64,000 nt of DNA from contig CACWYB010000002.1 of NCBI GenBank assembly GCA_902765005.1, positions 141,058-205,057 on the forward strand. The letters run 5' to 3'. The translations under genes and the position numbers were made by a program. Each line of letters opens with the position of its first letter. Within the stretch, counting starts at the first letter, position 1. The notes under the pieces were generated by a model. That model made no database searches and was not told where the DNA came from. It worked only from the letters and a program-made list of their open reading frames with translations. Source of the DNA: an uncultured Eubacteriales bacterium (GTDB taxonomy: Bacteria > Bacillota > Clostridia > Christensenellales > CAG-138). Shown here one piece after another: positions 35,620 through 44,216 of the stretch.

Positions 35620-35640
35620 TTTTGATTTTCGGTGAAAGAA

Positions 35641-36564
35641 ATGGATAAAGGAAAAAAGATAATAAAATATATCACAGACAAAGACTATAGGTTTGCGGTT
35701 AACGCTGCACATGGTCTTTATCATTCAATGTCCGATGAAGAATACCTAAAACGGATGTTTAAATCTATCATGGGATATGATTTAGACTTAGATAATCCCA
35801 GGACATTCAATGAAAAGTTAAACTGGCTCAAGCTTCATGACAGAAAGCCAATTTATACTACAATGGTTGACAAATATGAAGCAAAGTCGTTTATTGCAGA
35901 TCGAGTTGGAGAAAAGTATGTGATTCCGACATTAGGAGTTTGGGAGCGATTTGAGGATATAAATTTTGAGGAGTTACCTGATCAGTTTGTTTTAAAAACC
36001 ACTCATGACAGTGGCGGAGTTGTAGTATGTAAAGATAAAATATCTTTTGATACTGAAAAGGCAAAGAAGATTATTAAGAAATCTTTAAAACGCAAATACT
36101 ATTATCTATTTAGGGAGTGGCCATATAAGGATGTGAAGCCTCGAATTATAGCCGAAAAGTATTTGCATGATGATGTATTATATGATCTACGCGACTATAA
36201 GTTTTTCACTTTTGATGGAGTTGCAAAAGCATTATATATTACTACAAATCGGGAAGTAGATCGAAGAACTGATTTTTTCGATATGGATTTCAAACATCTT
36301 GATATAAGAGATGACGATTTGAACGCTATCAAACCACCTCAGAGGCCCAAACGATTTGAGGAAATGAGGGATATAGCAGAACGAATCTCAAAAGGGATCC
36401 CTCAGCTGAGAGTTGATTTCTACGAAGTAAATGGGGAAGCCTATGTAGGAGAGCTTACATTGTTCTACTCTGCAGGATTCGTTCCTTTTGAGCCCAAGGA
36501 ATGGGATCAGAAGTTTGGGGACTGGATTAAACTCCCAGAAAGAGATGGGGGGGGTATCTGTTAA
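35641..36564 (+). CDS. TupA-like ATP-grasp amidoligase
   Basis: It has NPRTFNEKLNWLKLHDRKP, KYEAKSFIADRVGEKYVIPTLGVW, FVLKTTHDSGGVVVC, LRDYKFFTFDG and LRVDFYEVNGEAYVGELTLF. Confidence 0.8.
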   Translation: MDKGKKIIKYITDKDYRFAVNAAHGLYHSMSDEEYLKRMFKSIMGYDLDLDNPRTFNEKLNWLKLHDRKPIYTTMVDKYEAKSFIADRVGEKYVIPTLGVWERFEDINFEELPDQFVLKTTHDSGGVVVCKDKISFDTEKAKKIIKKSLKRKYYYLFREWPYKDVKPRIIAEKYLHDDVLYDLRDYKFFTFDGVAKALYITTNREVDRRTDFFDMDFKHLDIRDDDLNAIKPPQRPKRFEEMRDIAERISKGIPQLRVDFYEVNGEAYVGELTLFYSAGFVPFEPKEWDQKFGDWIKLPERDGGGIC

Positions 36565-36989
36565 TCGGTGATGGATATATTATCCATTTAATATGTAAAG
36601 AAGATAAAACAGGACTGAGAGATTACAAATTCTACACATTTAATGGGGAACCCAAATTATTCTGTATCAATACAAATCGTGGTGGAGAAGGTGGGTTAAA
36701 GGTTAGCTACTTTAGCATGGATTTCAATGAACATGATTTCACATGGGGTTTCCCACACCCTGAGAAAAGACCTGCTATTCCACATACTGTGGGGAAAATG
36801 ATTGAACTGGCGAGATTGTTGGCAAAAGACACATATCAGTTAAGAGTAGATTTTTATGAATCAGGGGGATCTGTTTATTGTGGTGAGTTGACCTTATTTG
36901 ATGGGGCAGGATTTGAAAAACTAAAACCTGTTGAGTGGGACATGAAACTTGGAACTCTTATGCAGTTACCGACAGATTCTGGATTGTAA
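36561..36989 (+). pseudogene. 5'-truncated remnant of a second TupA-like ATP-grasp gene (C-terminal ~140 codons)
   Basis: The open frame reads ...LRDYKFYTFNGEPKLFCINTNR...YFSMDFNEHD...LRVDFYESGGSVYCGELTLFDGAGFEKL. It is collinear with the C-terminal half of the intact upstream copy. The N-terminal ATP-grasp half is absent. Confidence 0.75.
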
Positions 36990-37004
36990 GCAAGGAATGA
37001 TGGA

Positions 37005-38510
37005 ATGCGAAAAAAAAGGTTGGCGTGGAATACATTATCTTCGTTGATGCTACAAGTTACATCAATTGTTTGTGGTTTTATACTTCCCAGAGTAATCATT
37101 GGGGCATACGGGTCAGAAGTTAATGGCCTCGTTAACTCAATAACTCAATTCCTTGGCTTTATCACATTTCTCGAATTAGGGATTGGTGCAGTCGTACAAT
37201 CAGGATTATATGAACCTTTAGCATTAAAAGATAATAATAAAATCAGTGAGATAATAGTTTCTGGTCAGAAGTTTTTTAGTTTAATTGCAAGAATTCTTGT
37301 TGCCTATGTAATCATATTGATGTTTGCCTATCCCAGAATTGTTAATCAGAGTTTTGGGTGGGCGTATACAGCGTCACTAATAGCGATTATATCAATAAGC
37401 TCATTCGCACAGTATTATTTTGGCATAGTAAACGCATTATTACTCACAGCCGATCAAAAAGGCTATATTCAGTATTTGCTTAGTATAGTTACTATTTTTG
37501 CGAATACTATGGCAAGTGTAATTCTTATAGGTTTAGGTTGCGGTATACATATAGTAAAAATATCTACTGCGATTATTTATATTATCCGTCCTATATTCCT
37601 GAAAGTTTATGTTGACAAGCATTATCAGGTGAATCGTAAGATAACCTATGAAACTGAACCGATTGCTCAAAAGTGGAATGGTATAGCTCAGCATGTAGCA
37701 TCCATAGTGCTAGAAAATACAGACATAGTCGTACTGTCTCTATTCTCGACACTTTCGAATGTTTCAGTATACTCAATCTATCACTTGGTTATATATGGAG
37801 TAAAAAGGATATTCGATACCATTACAAATGGTGTAATGTCATTAATGGGTGAATTATGGGCAAAACAGGAAATTGAAGCGCTGAAGAAAGTTTTCTCTTA
37901 TACAGAATGGATTATCCATACATCGACTGTGTTTTTATTTGGTTGTGTTGCAGTTTTAATTTGCCCATTCATTTCAATATATACGAAAGGCATAAACGAT
38001 GCGAACTATATTGTGCCCTCATTTGCGATAGTATTAACCATAGCGCATGCTGCGCATTGCTTAAGAATGCCTTATAATATTATGATACTTGCAGGAAACC
38101 ATTATAAGCAGACTCAGATAAACTATATCATCGCTGCTATTTTAAATCTTGGTATTTCGATTATTACAGTTCACTTTTGGGGACTTATTGGAGTCGCTAT
38201 TGGAACGTTAGTTGCAATGATATTCCAGACATTCTGGATGGCAATTTATATCTCTCGAAATCTTGTGAAGTGGCCAATAAGGAACTTTATAAAACAGATT
38301 TGTGTCGATTGCGTTTCATTTATCTGTGCTTACTTTTTGACAAAAGGGTTTGAAATGCATGTTATTTCATACTATGCATGGGTTGTTTTGGCTCTAAAGA
38401 CTGCAATCATTTGGTTTGTTATTATTTTTGCTTTTAATTTTTTGATTTACCGTCAGAATCTGATGACGGTACTTAATAAGGCTATCAAACCTATAAGTAT
38501 TAGACGATAA
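37005..38510 (+). CDS. wzx: Wzx-type oligosaccharide flippase (MOP superfamily)
   Basis: 501 aa with roughly 12-14 TM helices. The N-terminus MRKKRLAWNTLSSLMLQVTSIVCGFILPRVII is typical. An AAGGAA RBS is present. Confidence 0.8.
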   Translation: MRKKRLAWNTLSSLMLQVTSIVCGFILPRVIIGAYGSEVNGLVNSITQFLGFITFLELGIGAVVQSGLYEPLALKDNNKISEIIVSGQKFFSLIARILVAYVIILMFAYPRIVNQSFGWAYTASLIAIISISSFAQYYFGIVNALLLTADQKGYIQYLLSIVTIFANTMASVILIGLGCGIHIVKISTAIIYIIRPIFLKVYVDKHYQVNRKITYETEPIAQKWNGIAQHVASIVLENTDIVVLSLFSTLSNVSVYSIYHLVIYGVKRIFDTITNGVMSLMGELWAKQEIEALKKVFSYTEWIIHTSTVFLFGCVAVLICPFISIYTKGINDANYIVPSFAIVLTIAHAAHCLRMPYNIMILAGNHYKQTQINYIIAAILNLGISIITVHFWGLIGVAIGTLVAMIFQTFWMAIYISRNLVKWPIRNFIKQICVDCVSFICAYFLTKGFEMHVISYYAWVVLALKTAIIWFVIIFAFNFLIYRQNLMTVLNKAIKPISIRR

Positions 38511-38675
38511 GGAGGACCAATATGATAACTCGAAATGGCTTGTTCGCTGATGTATTGGAATAAGAGTGGAATAATTGGCATTGGCAAGTTGCGCATAGAT
38601 TGACAACTGTATACATGATTGAAATTCTCCGATTATGACTTTACAAAGTTTTATGGGTAAGGTGGGATACAAGCT

Positions 38676-39710
38676 ATGAATAAGAATCGTTTAGACAACT
38701 GTTTTCCGATAAAAACAATATTGATGCTACTTATTATTCTTTATCATAGCTGTGTTTTTTGGACAGGTACATGGTGGGATTCCGATCCGGCTTTTCCCTC
38801 TCAGGTTCTAGGTTCTTTTGCCAAATGGCTAAATTCTTTTCATATTTATGCTTTTGCTCTTATATCGGGTTACATCTTTGCCTATAAAGTTATTAAGGGA
38901 GGGTACAGCGAGTACGGTTTATTCCTACGGAATAAGGCAAAAAGACTACTGATGCCTTATGTATTTGTAGCGTTTATATGGGTGACACCAATTTCGGAAT
39001 ATATGTTTAAATGGGATATTGGTTATTTGGCAAAGAAGTATCTACTTGCAATTGATCCAAGTCAACTATGGTTTCTTTGGATGCTATTCGGCGTGTTTGT
39101 AATTGTGTGGCCTATGCGGAAATTATTGCTGGAAAAACCATTAGTTGGTTGGGTCATATCATTAGGTTTCTATGGAATTGGGCTTATTGGAAGACATATA
39201 ATCCCCAACTTTTTCTGCGTCTGGACCGCATGCCAGTATGTTTTGCTTTTCTTTGTTGGCATGAGAATAAGGGAAAAAGAAGAAAAACAGGAGAGGCTGA
39301 TAACAGAAGCTTTGCCTTGGTATGGTTGGATCATTGCAGATTTGCTTCTATTTGCAGGAACGATGATAGTTGGCCGGAATAGTGGAACAGTGTGGAGCTT
39401 GATTGCGATAGCATTAAATCTGACCCTACATGTTGTCGGTGCAGTTATGGCTTGGACGACCTTACAGTCTTTAGCAAATAAGGTAAACTGGAAGGATAGC
39501 AAAGCATTCAAAACACTTTCATCCTATTCCATGCCGATGTATCTTTTCCATCAACAAATAATCTATTTCACAATAATATGGCTTAATGGGAAGGTAAATC
39601 CCTGGATTAATGCAGGAGTGAATTTTGCAGTTGCGCTTATAGGTTCATTCTTGATTTCTGCATTTTTAATGCATTGGAAAACCACAAGATTCCTGATCGG
39701 AGAAAAATAA
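38676..39710 (+). CDS. acyltransferase-3 family membrane O-acyltransferase (OafA-like)
   Basis: 344 aa, about 10 TM helices, with the N-terminal motif IKTILMLLIILYHSCVFW. Confidence 0.75.
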   Translation: MNKNRLDNCFPIKTILMLLIILYHSCVFWTGTWWDSDPAFPSQVLGSFAKWLNSFHIYAFALISGYIFAYKVIKGGYSEYGLFLRNKAKRLLMPYVFVAFIWVTPISEYMFKWDIGYLAKKYLLAIDPSQLWFLWMLFGVFVIVWPMRKLLLEKPLVGWVISLGFYGIGLIGRHIIPNFFCVWTACQYVLLFFVGMRIREKEEKQERLITEALPWYGWIIADLLLFAGTMIVGRNSGTVWSLIAIALNLTLHVVGAVMAWTTLQSLANKVNWKDSKAFKTLSSYSMPMYLFHQQIIYFTIIWLNGKVNPWINAGVNFAVALIGSFLISAFLMHWKTTRFLIGEK

Positions 39711-39731
39711 TACATCTGGGGAAAGACAATA

Positions 39732-40796
39732 ATGAAACACACAATAGACCTTAACAACAAAATTATCCTAGTAACCGGATCTCCGGGATTCATCGGAGCA
39801 AATCTTGTGATCAGGCTGCTATCCACGCTCACATCAGGAACAATCGTTTCCTTTGACAATATGAACGATTATTACGATGTGAGCCTTAAGGAGTGGAGGC
39901 TTCAGCGGATAGAGAAGGCTTCTGAAGTCTCGCCGGTCAAGCATGTGTTTGTTAAGGGATCTATTGGAGATAAGAGCCTCATCGATGAATTGTTCGAAAA
40001 ATATCAATTTGACGTCGTGGTAAACCTGGCTGCGCAGGCTGGTGTGCGATATTCTATCGACCATCCGGATGTGTATATCGAGAGCAATATTATCGGTTTC
40101 TACAACATTCTTGAAGCCTGCCGCCACAATCCTGTGGAGCACTTGGTGTATGCATCTAGTTCATCTGTTTATGGCGGGAATAAGAAGGTGCCGTTCTCCA
40201 CAGATGATAAAGTGGACAACCCGGTTAGTCTCTATGCCGCCACGAAGAAAAGCGACGAACTGCTGGCGCATGCCTACAGTAAGCTTTACAATATCCCGTC
40301 TACTGGGCTCCGATTCTTCACGGTCTATGGGCCAGCCGGCCGCCCGGATATGTTCTACTTTTCAGCCACAAACAAACTGGCTAGAGGCGAGAAGATTCAG
40401 ATCTTTAATTTTGGCAACATGAAGCGGGATTTCACCTACATCGACGATATTGTGGAGGGAATCGTCCGTGTCATGGGGGGAGCACCGGAGAAGGCTACAG
40501 GAGAAGATGGCCTGCCCATTCCGCCCTATGCCGTGTATAACATCGGTGGCGGGCAGCCGGAGAACCTGCTGGATTACATATCCACTCTCCAAGAGGAGCT
40601 GGTTCGGGCCGGCGTTCTTCCTGCTGACTATGACTTCGAGGGACACCGAGAGCTTGTGGGCATGCAGGCAGGAGATGTGCCCGTGACCTATGCCGATAGT
40701 GCTGCGCTGGAAAGAGATTATGGTTTCACCCCGAAGATCGGCATAAGAGATGGACTTCGGGCTTTTGCTAAGTGGTATAAGGAATATTACAGATAA
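39732..40796 (+). CDS. NAD-dependent nucleotide-sugar epimerase, UDP-glucuronate 4-epimerase (CapI/Gla-like)
   Basis: 354 aa with VTGSPGFIGANL, NDYYDVSLKEWRL, ASSSSVYG and LYAATKKSDELL. Confidence 0.75.
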   Translation: MKHTIDLNNKIILVTGSPGFIGANLVIRLLSTLTSGTIVSFDNMNDYYDVSLKEWRLQRIEKASEVSPVKHVFVKGSIGDKSLIDELFEKYQFDVVVNLAAQAGVRYSIDHPDVYIESNIIGFYNILEACRHNPVEHLVYASSSSVYGGNKKVPFSTDDKVDNPVSLYAATKKSDELLAHAYSKLYNIPSTGLRFFTVYGPAGRPDMFYFSATNKLARGEKIQIFNFGNMKRDFTYIDDIVEGIVRVMGGAPEKATGEDGLPIPPYAVYNIGGGQPENLLDYISTLQEELVRAGVLPADYDFEGHRELVGMQAGDVPVTYADSAALERDYGFTPKIGIRDGLRAFAKWYKEYYR

Positions 40797-40814
40797 TAGA
40801 AAGCTGAGAAATGT

Positions 40815-41999
40815 ATGCGTTGCGAGGAAAAATACAGAGAATTATATGAGAAGGATCCGGAAGCGGTCGCTTTCTGTCCATATCGTATTGCACCTCTTGG
40901 TGCGCATATTGATCATCAGCTTGGAGCGATTAATGGATTTGCCATTGATAAAGGGATATATATCGCTTATGGAAAAAAAGAATCTGGCATCTGTGAAATA
41001 AGGAGTCTTCAGTTCTCAAAACGGGCACAGTTCCATGTTAATGATGTACCAGAGGAGAAAGTAGGAGATTGGGCGGATCATTGCCGCGCTGCCTGTAAGA
41101 TGCTCGGAGAGAAGTATAATCTCAGATATGGCATCAGTGCTGTTATAGAGGGAACGCTGCCGATTGGTGGACTGAGTTCTTCAGCTTCGGTTATCATTGC
41201 TTTCTTATCCGCTTTGGCGAAGGTGAATAAGCTTTCTTTAGAACCTTGGGAAACCATAATGATGGCGAAGAAGGCAGAGAATAAATATGTCGGTGTAAAC
41301 TGCGGCAAGCTCGATCAGAGTTGTGAGGTTTTGTGCAGGAAAGATCAGCTTTTGTATTTGGATTGTCTGGATGATTCTTATTCTCTCATAAAGAAACCTG
41401 ATAATATGAAGCCCTTCAAATTCATCGTGTTTTTTAGCGGATTAGAAAGAAGCCTGGCATCAAGTGCATATAATCTCCGGCAGGACGAGTGCAAGGCAGC
41501 GGCATACTATCTTCTTGCATATGCTGGAATGGATTATGGAAAGTTTAAGGATACGGTGCTGAGATCTGTTCCGAGAGCGGTATTTGACGAGTATAAGGAT
41601 CGATTGCCTGTTTCATTCAAGCGCCGTGCTGCACATTTCTTTACAGAATATGAGAGAGCTCAGAAAGGGTTGGAAGCGTGGAAATCCGGAGATATAGAGG
41701 CGTATGGGCAGTTGGTGTTTGAGTCGGGCAGAAGCAGTATCGAGAACTACGAATGTGGCTGCCCGGAGCTGATCACGCTTTACAACATCATGAGAGAAAC
41801 GAAAGGGATATACGGCGGGCGTTTCTCAGGCGCTGGGTTCAAAGGATGCTGTATGGCAATCGTAGATCCTGATAAGGCTGATGAGGTGATTGAGGGCGTC
41901 ACGACAGCCTATTTGAAAGTCTATCCACAGCTTGAAGGCAAGTATGTGGCAGCAATATGTGATAGCGCTAATGGGGTTGACCTGGGAGGCGGAAGATGA
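40815..41999 (+). CDS. GHMP-family sugar-1-kinase (galactokinase/galacturonokinase-like)
   Basis: 394 aa. It carries the galactokinase-type signature variant APLGAHIDHQLG, the GHMP motif PIGGLSSSASV, and the C-terminal GGRFSGAGFKGCCMAIV. Confidence 0.7.
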   Translation: MRCEEKYRELYEKDPEAVAFCPYRIAPLGAHIDHQLGAINGFAIDKGIYIAYGKKESGICEIRSLQFSKRAQFHVNDVPEEKVGDWADHCRAACKMLGEKYNLRYGISAVIEGTLPIGGLSSSASVIIAFLSALAKVNKLSLEPWETIMMAKKAENKYVGVNCGKLDQSCEVLCRKDQLLYLDCLDDSYSLIKKPDNMKPFKFIVFFSGLERSLASSAYNLRQDECKAAAYYLLAYAGMDYGKFKDTVLRSVPRAVFDEYKDRLPVSFKRRAAHFFTEYERAQKGLEAWKSGDIEAYGQLVFESGRSSIENYECGCPELITLYNIMRETKGIYGGRFSGAGFKGCCMAIVDPDKADEVIEGVTTAYLKVYPQLEGKYVAAICDSANGVDLGGGR

Positions 42000-42721
42000 A
42001 GGCGATAATTTTAGCTGCCGGGTATGCCACACGGCTTTATCCTTTGACGGAGAACTATCCCAAGCCGCTGCTCCCCGTCGGAGGAAAGCCAATTTTGGAT
42101 TGGCTGATCGAAGACATAGGCGATGCTGTTGATGAGTTCATCGTTGTGACAAATCATAAGTTCGCTGGTACATTTGAAGAATGGAGCGCAAAGCGATCAG
42201 AGAGAATAACGATCATTGACGATAGAACCAGCACGAATGAGACAAGATTGGGAGCGGTGAAAGATATACAGGTTGCGGTTCCCGGGGTAAAGGAAAGCAC
42301 GGATTATTTCGTCATGGCCGGAGATAATATGCTGGATTTCAGCCTGCGAGGTTTTATCGAGTATGCCAAGAAGAAAAAAGCAAGCTGTATTATGTGTCAT
42401 GAAGAACATAGGCTGGAAGCGCTGCAGAAGACGGCCGTGATCACCATAGAGGAATCAGGACTCATTACCACATATGAGGAAAAGCCGAAGGCGCCGAAAG
42501 GAACGCTTGCAGTTCCGCCGTTTTATATCTACCGTGCAGAAGATATAAGTCGAATTCAGGAAGCTATTGACGGTGGGTGTGGCTTCGACGCACCCGGTTC
42601 CTTTGCGGCGTGGCTGAGCACGAAGGTCGCAATGTATGCATACCTCATGCCCGGCCATAGATATGATATTGGAGATATCGCCTCCTATGAGGCGGTGAAA
42701 GAAAAGTTTAATACTATATAG
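41996..42721 (+). CDS. sugar-1-phosphate nucleotidylyltransferase
   Basis: 241 aa with MKAIILAAGYATRLYPLTENYPKPLLPVGGKPIL. The ATGA start/stop overlaps the kinase gene. Confidence 0.75.
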   Translation: MKAIILAAGYATRLYPLTENYPKPLLPVGGKPILDWLIEDIGDAVDEFIVVTNHKFAGTFEEWSAKRSERITIIDDRTSTNETRLGAVKDIQVAVPGVKESTDYFVMAGDNMLDFSLRGFIEYAKKKKASCIMCHEEHRLEALQKTAVITIEESGLITTYEEKPKAPKGTLAVPPFYIYRAEDISRIQEAIDGGCGFDAPGSFAAWLSTKVAMYAYLMPGHRYDIGDIASYEAVKEKFNTI

Positions 42722-42796
42722 CAGGAATGCTTTTTTATTGTGCGCCGGCCAGTGAAGCAACGAAAAATGCAGCCTGGGAATGGGAGATATAATAGT

Positions 42797-44029
42797 ATGA
42801 ACATTGCAGTAGCAGGAACAGGATATGTAGGTCTTTCATTGGCAGTGCTTTTGAGTCAGCACAATCATGTGACCGCCGTTGATATCCTGCCTGAGAAAGT
42901 TGAAAAGATCAATACTTGGAAAAGCCCGATCCAGGATGACTTTATTGAGAAGTATTTAGCGGAACATAAGGAACGGAAACTCGACCTGTCTGCAACAACA
43001 AATGCCGTTAGTGCCTATGCATCTGCAGATTATGTGGTCATCGCTGCTCCGACAAACTATGATCCGCAGAAAAACTTTTTTGATTGTTCTGCCGTAGAGA
43101 GCGTCATTGAGCTGGTGCTTCAATCTTCGGACACAGCCATAATGGTCATAAAATCCACCATTCCAGTTGGCTACACAGAGCGTGTGAGGGAAAAGTATCA
43201 CACGGATCGCATCCTGTTCAGCCCGGAGTTCTTGAGAGAGTCAAAAGCACTGTATGATAACCTTTATCCGAGTCGAATTATAGTAGGCTGCGATGAGGCA
43301 TCTAAACCCGCAGCTGAAGTATTCGCTCGTCTTCTGCAGGAAGGCGCTGAAAAACCGGATATCGATACGCTCTTTATGGGGTTTACAGAGGCAGAGGCGG
43401 TCAAGCTCTTCGCCAATACGTATCTAGCCCTTCGAGTCAGCTATTTTAATGAACTGGACACCTATGCCGAGATGAAGGGGCTGAATACTAAGGATATAAT
43501 CGATGGTGTATGCCTCGATCCTCGAATCGGTTCTCATTATAACAATCCGTCCTTTGGATACGGCGGATACTGCCTGCCGAAGGATACAAAGCAGCTTCTG
43601 GCAAACTATGCGGATGTACCGGAAAATCTGATTCAGGCGATTGTTGAGAGCAATAGAACAAGGAAAGACTTTATTGCTGACCGCGTCCTGGATAAGGCTG
43701 GGTATTACACGGCCTCCAGCATGTGGAATGCCGAGAAAGAGCGACCGCTGATCGTTGGCGTTTATCGGCTGACGATGAAGGCGAACTCCGATAACTTCCG
43801 ACAGAGCAGCATCCAAGGCGTCATGAAGCGTATAAAAGCCAAAGGTGCAACCGTCATCATTTACGAACCGACTCTCCAAGATGGAACGACCTTCTTCGGA
43901 AGCCTTGTAGTGAATGACATCGAGAAGTTTAAAAACGGATCAGATGCAATAATAGCAAACAGATATGACTCCATATTGGATGACGTGGGAGAGAAGGTTT
44001 ACACGAGAGACCTGTTCCGAAGAGATTAA
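42797..44029 (+). CDS. ugd: UDP-glucose 6-dehydrogenase
   Basis: Start taken at [14 protein letters not shown] (ATG 42797). It has SPEFLRE and the catalytic Cys context [10 protein letters not shown]. It is the last gene of the AT-rich cassette. Confidence 0.9.
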   Translation: MNIAVAGTGYVGLSLAVLLSQHNHVTAVDILPEKVEKINTWKSPIQDDFIEKYLAEHKERKLDLSATTNAVSAYASADYVVIAAPTNYDPQKNFFDCSAVESVIELVLQSSDTAIMVIKSTIPVGYTERVREKYHTDRILFSPEFLRESKALYDNLYPSRIIVGCDEASKPAAEVFARLLQEGAEKPDIDTLFMGFTEAEAVKLFANTYLALRVSYFNELDTYAEMKGLNTKDIIDGVCLDPRIGSHYNNPSFGYGGYCLPKDTKQLLANYADVPENLIQAIVESNRTRKDFIADRVLDKAGYYTASSMWNAEKERPLIVGVYRLTMKANSDNFRQSSIQGVMKRIKAKGATVIIYEPTLQDGTTFFGSLVVNDIEKFKNGSDAIIANRYDSILDDVGEKVYTRDLFRRD

Positions 44030-44216
44030 GACCTTCATACTTACGCCTCAAGTAAGCTAGAAGTATATGTGAAGGAGACAACCGTGAGATTGTTGTGCCG
44101 GTATTTTCAATGGATTGTTTTTTCTCTAAATCGAGATTCGTTTTATACTGAAGCTTCGGCAACAACACGATAGCTGACATCCAGTACTTATACTTTTTCA
44201 TATTCTCAATGGGCAC

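Noticed and set aside
38521-38562. 13-codon ORF (MITRNGLFADVLE) with a strong AAGGAGG RBS right after wzx
   Set aside because: It is too short to evaluate. It may be the leftover start of a deleted gene or a chance ORF, and there is no supporting evidence.
44084-44176. 30-codon GTG ORF (RLLCRYFQWIVFSLNRDSFYTEASATTR) with an AGGAGA RBS in the right junction gap
   Set aside because: It has no recognisable homology and a non-ATG start, and it lies in AT-rich junction DNA where short ORFs arise by chance. It is not supportable as a gene.
20675-44216. Integrative mobile element (ICE, prophage or transposon) as the explanation for the AT-rich block
   Set aside because: I recognised no integrase, recombinase, transposase, relaxase, phage structural gene, flanking tRNA or terminal repeats. 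All genes are polysaccharide-related, so cassette exchange by homologous recombination is the simpler reading.
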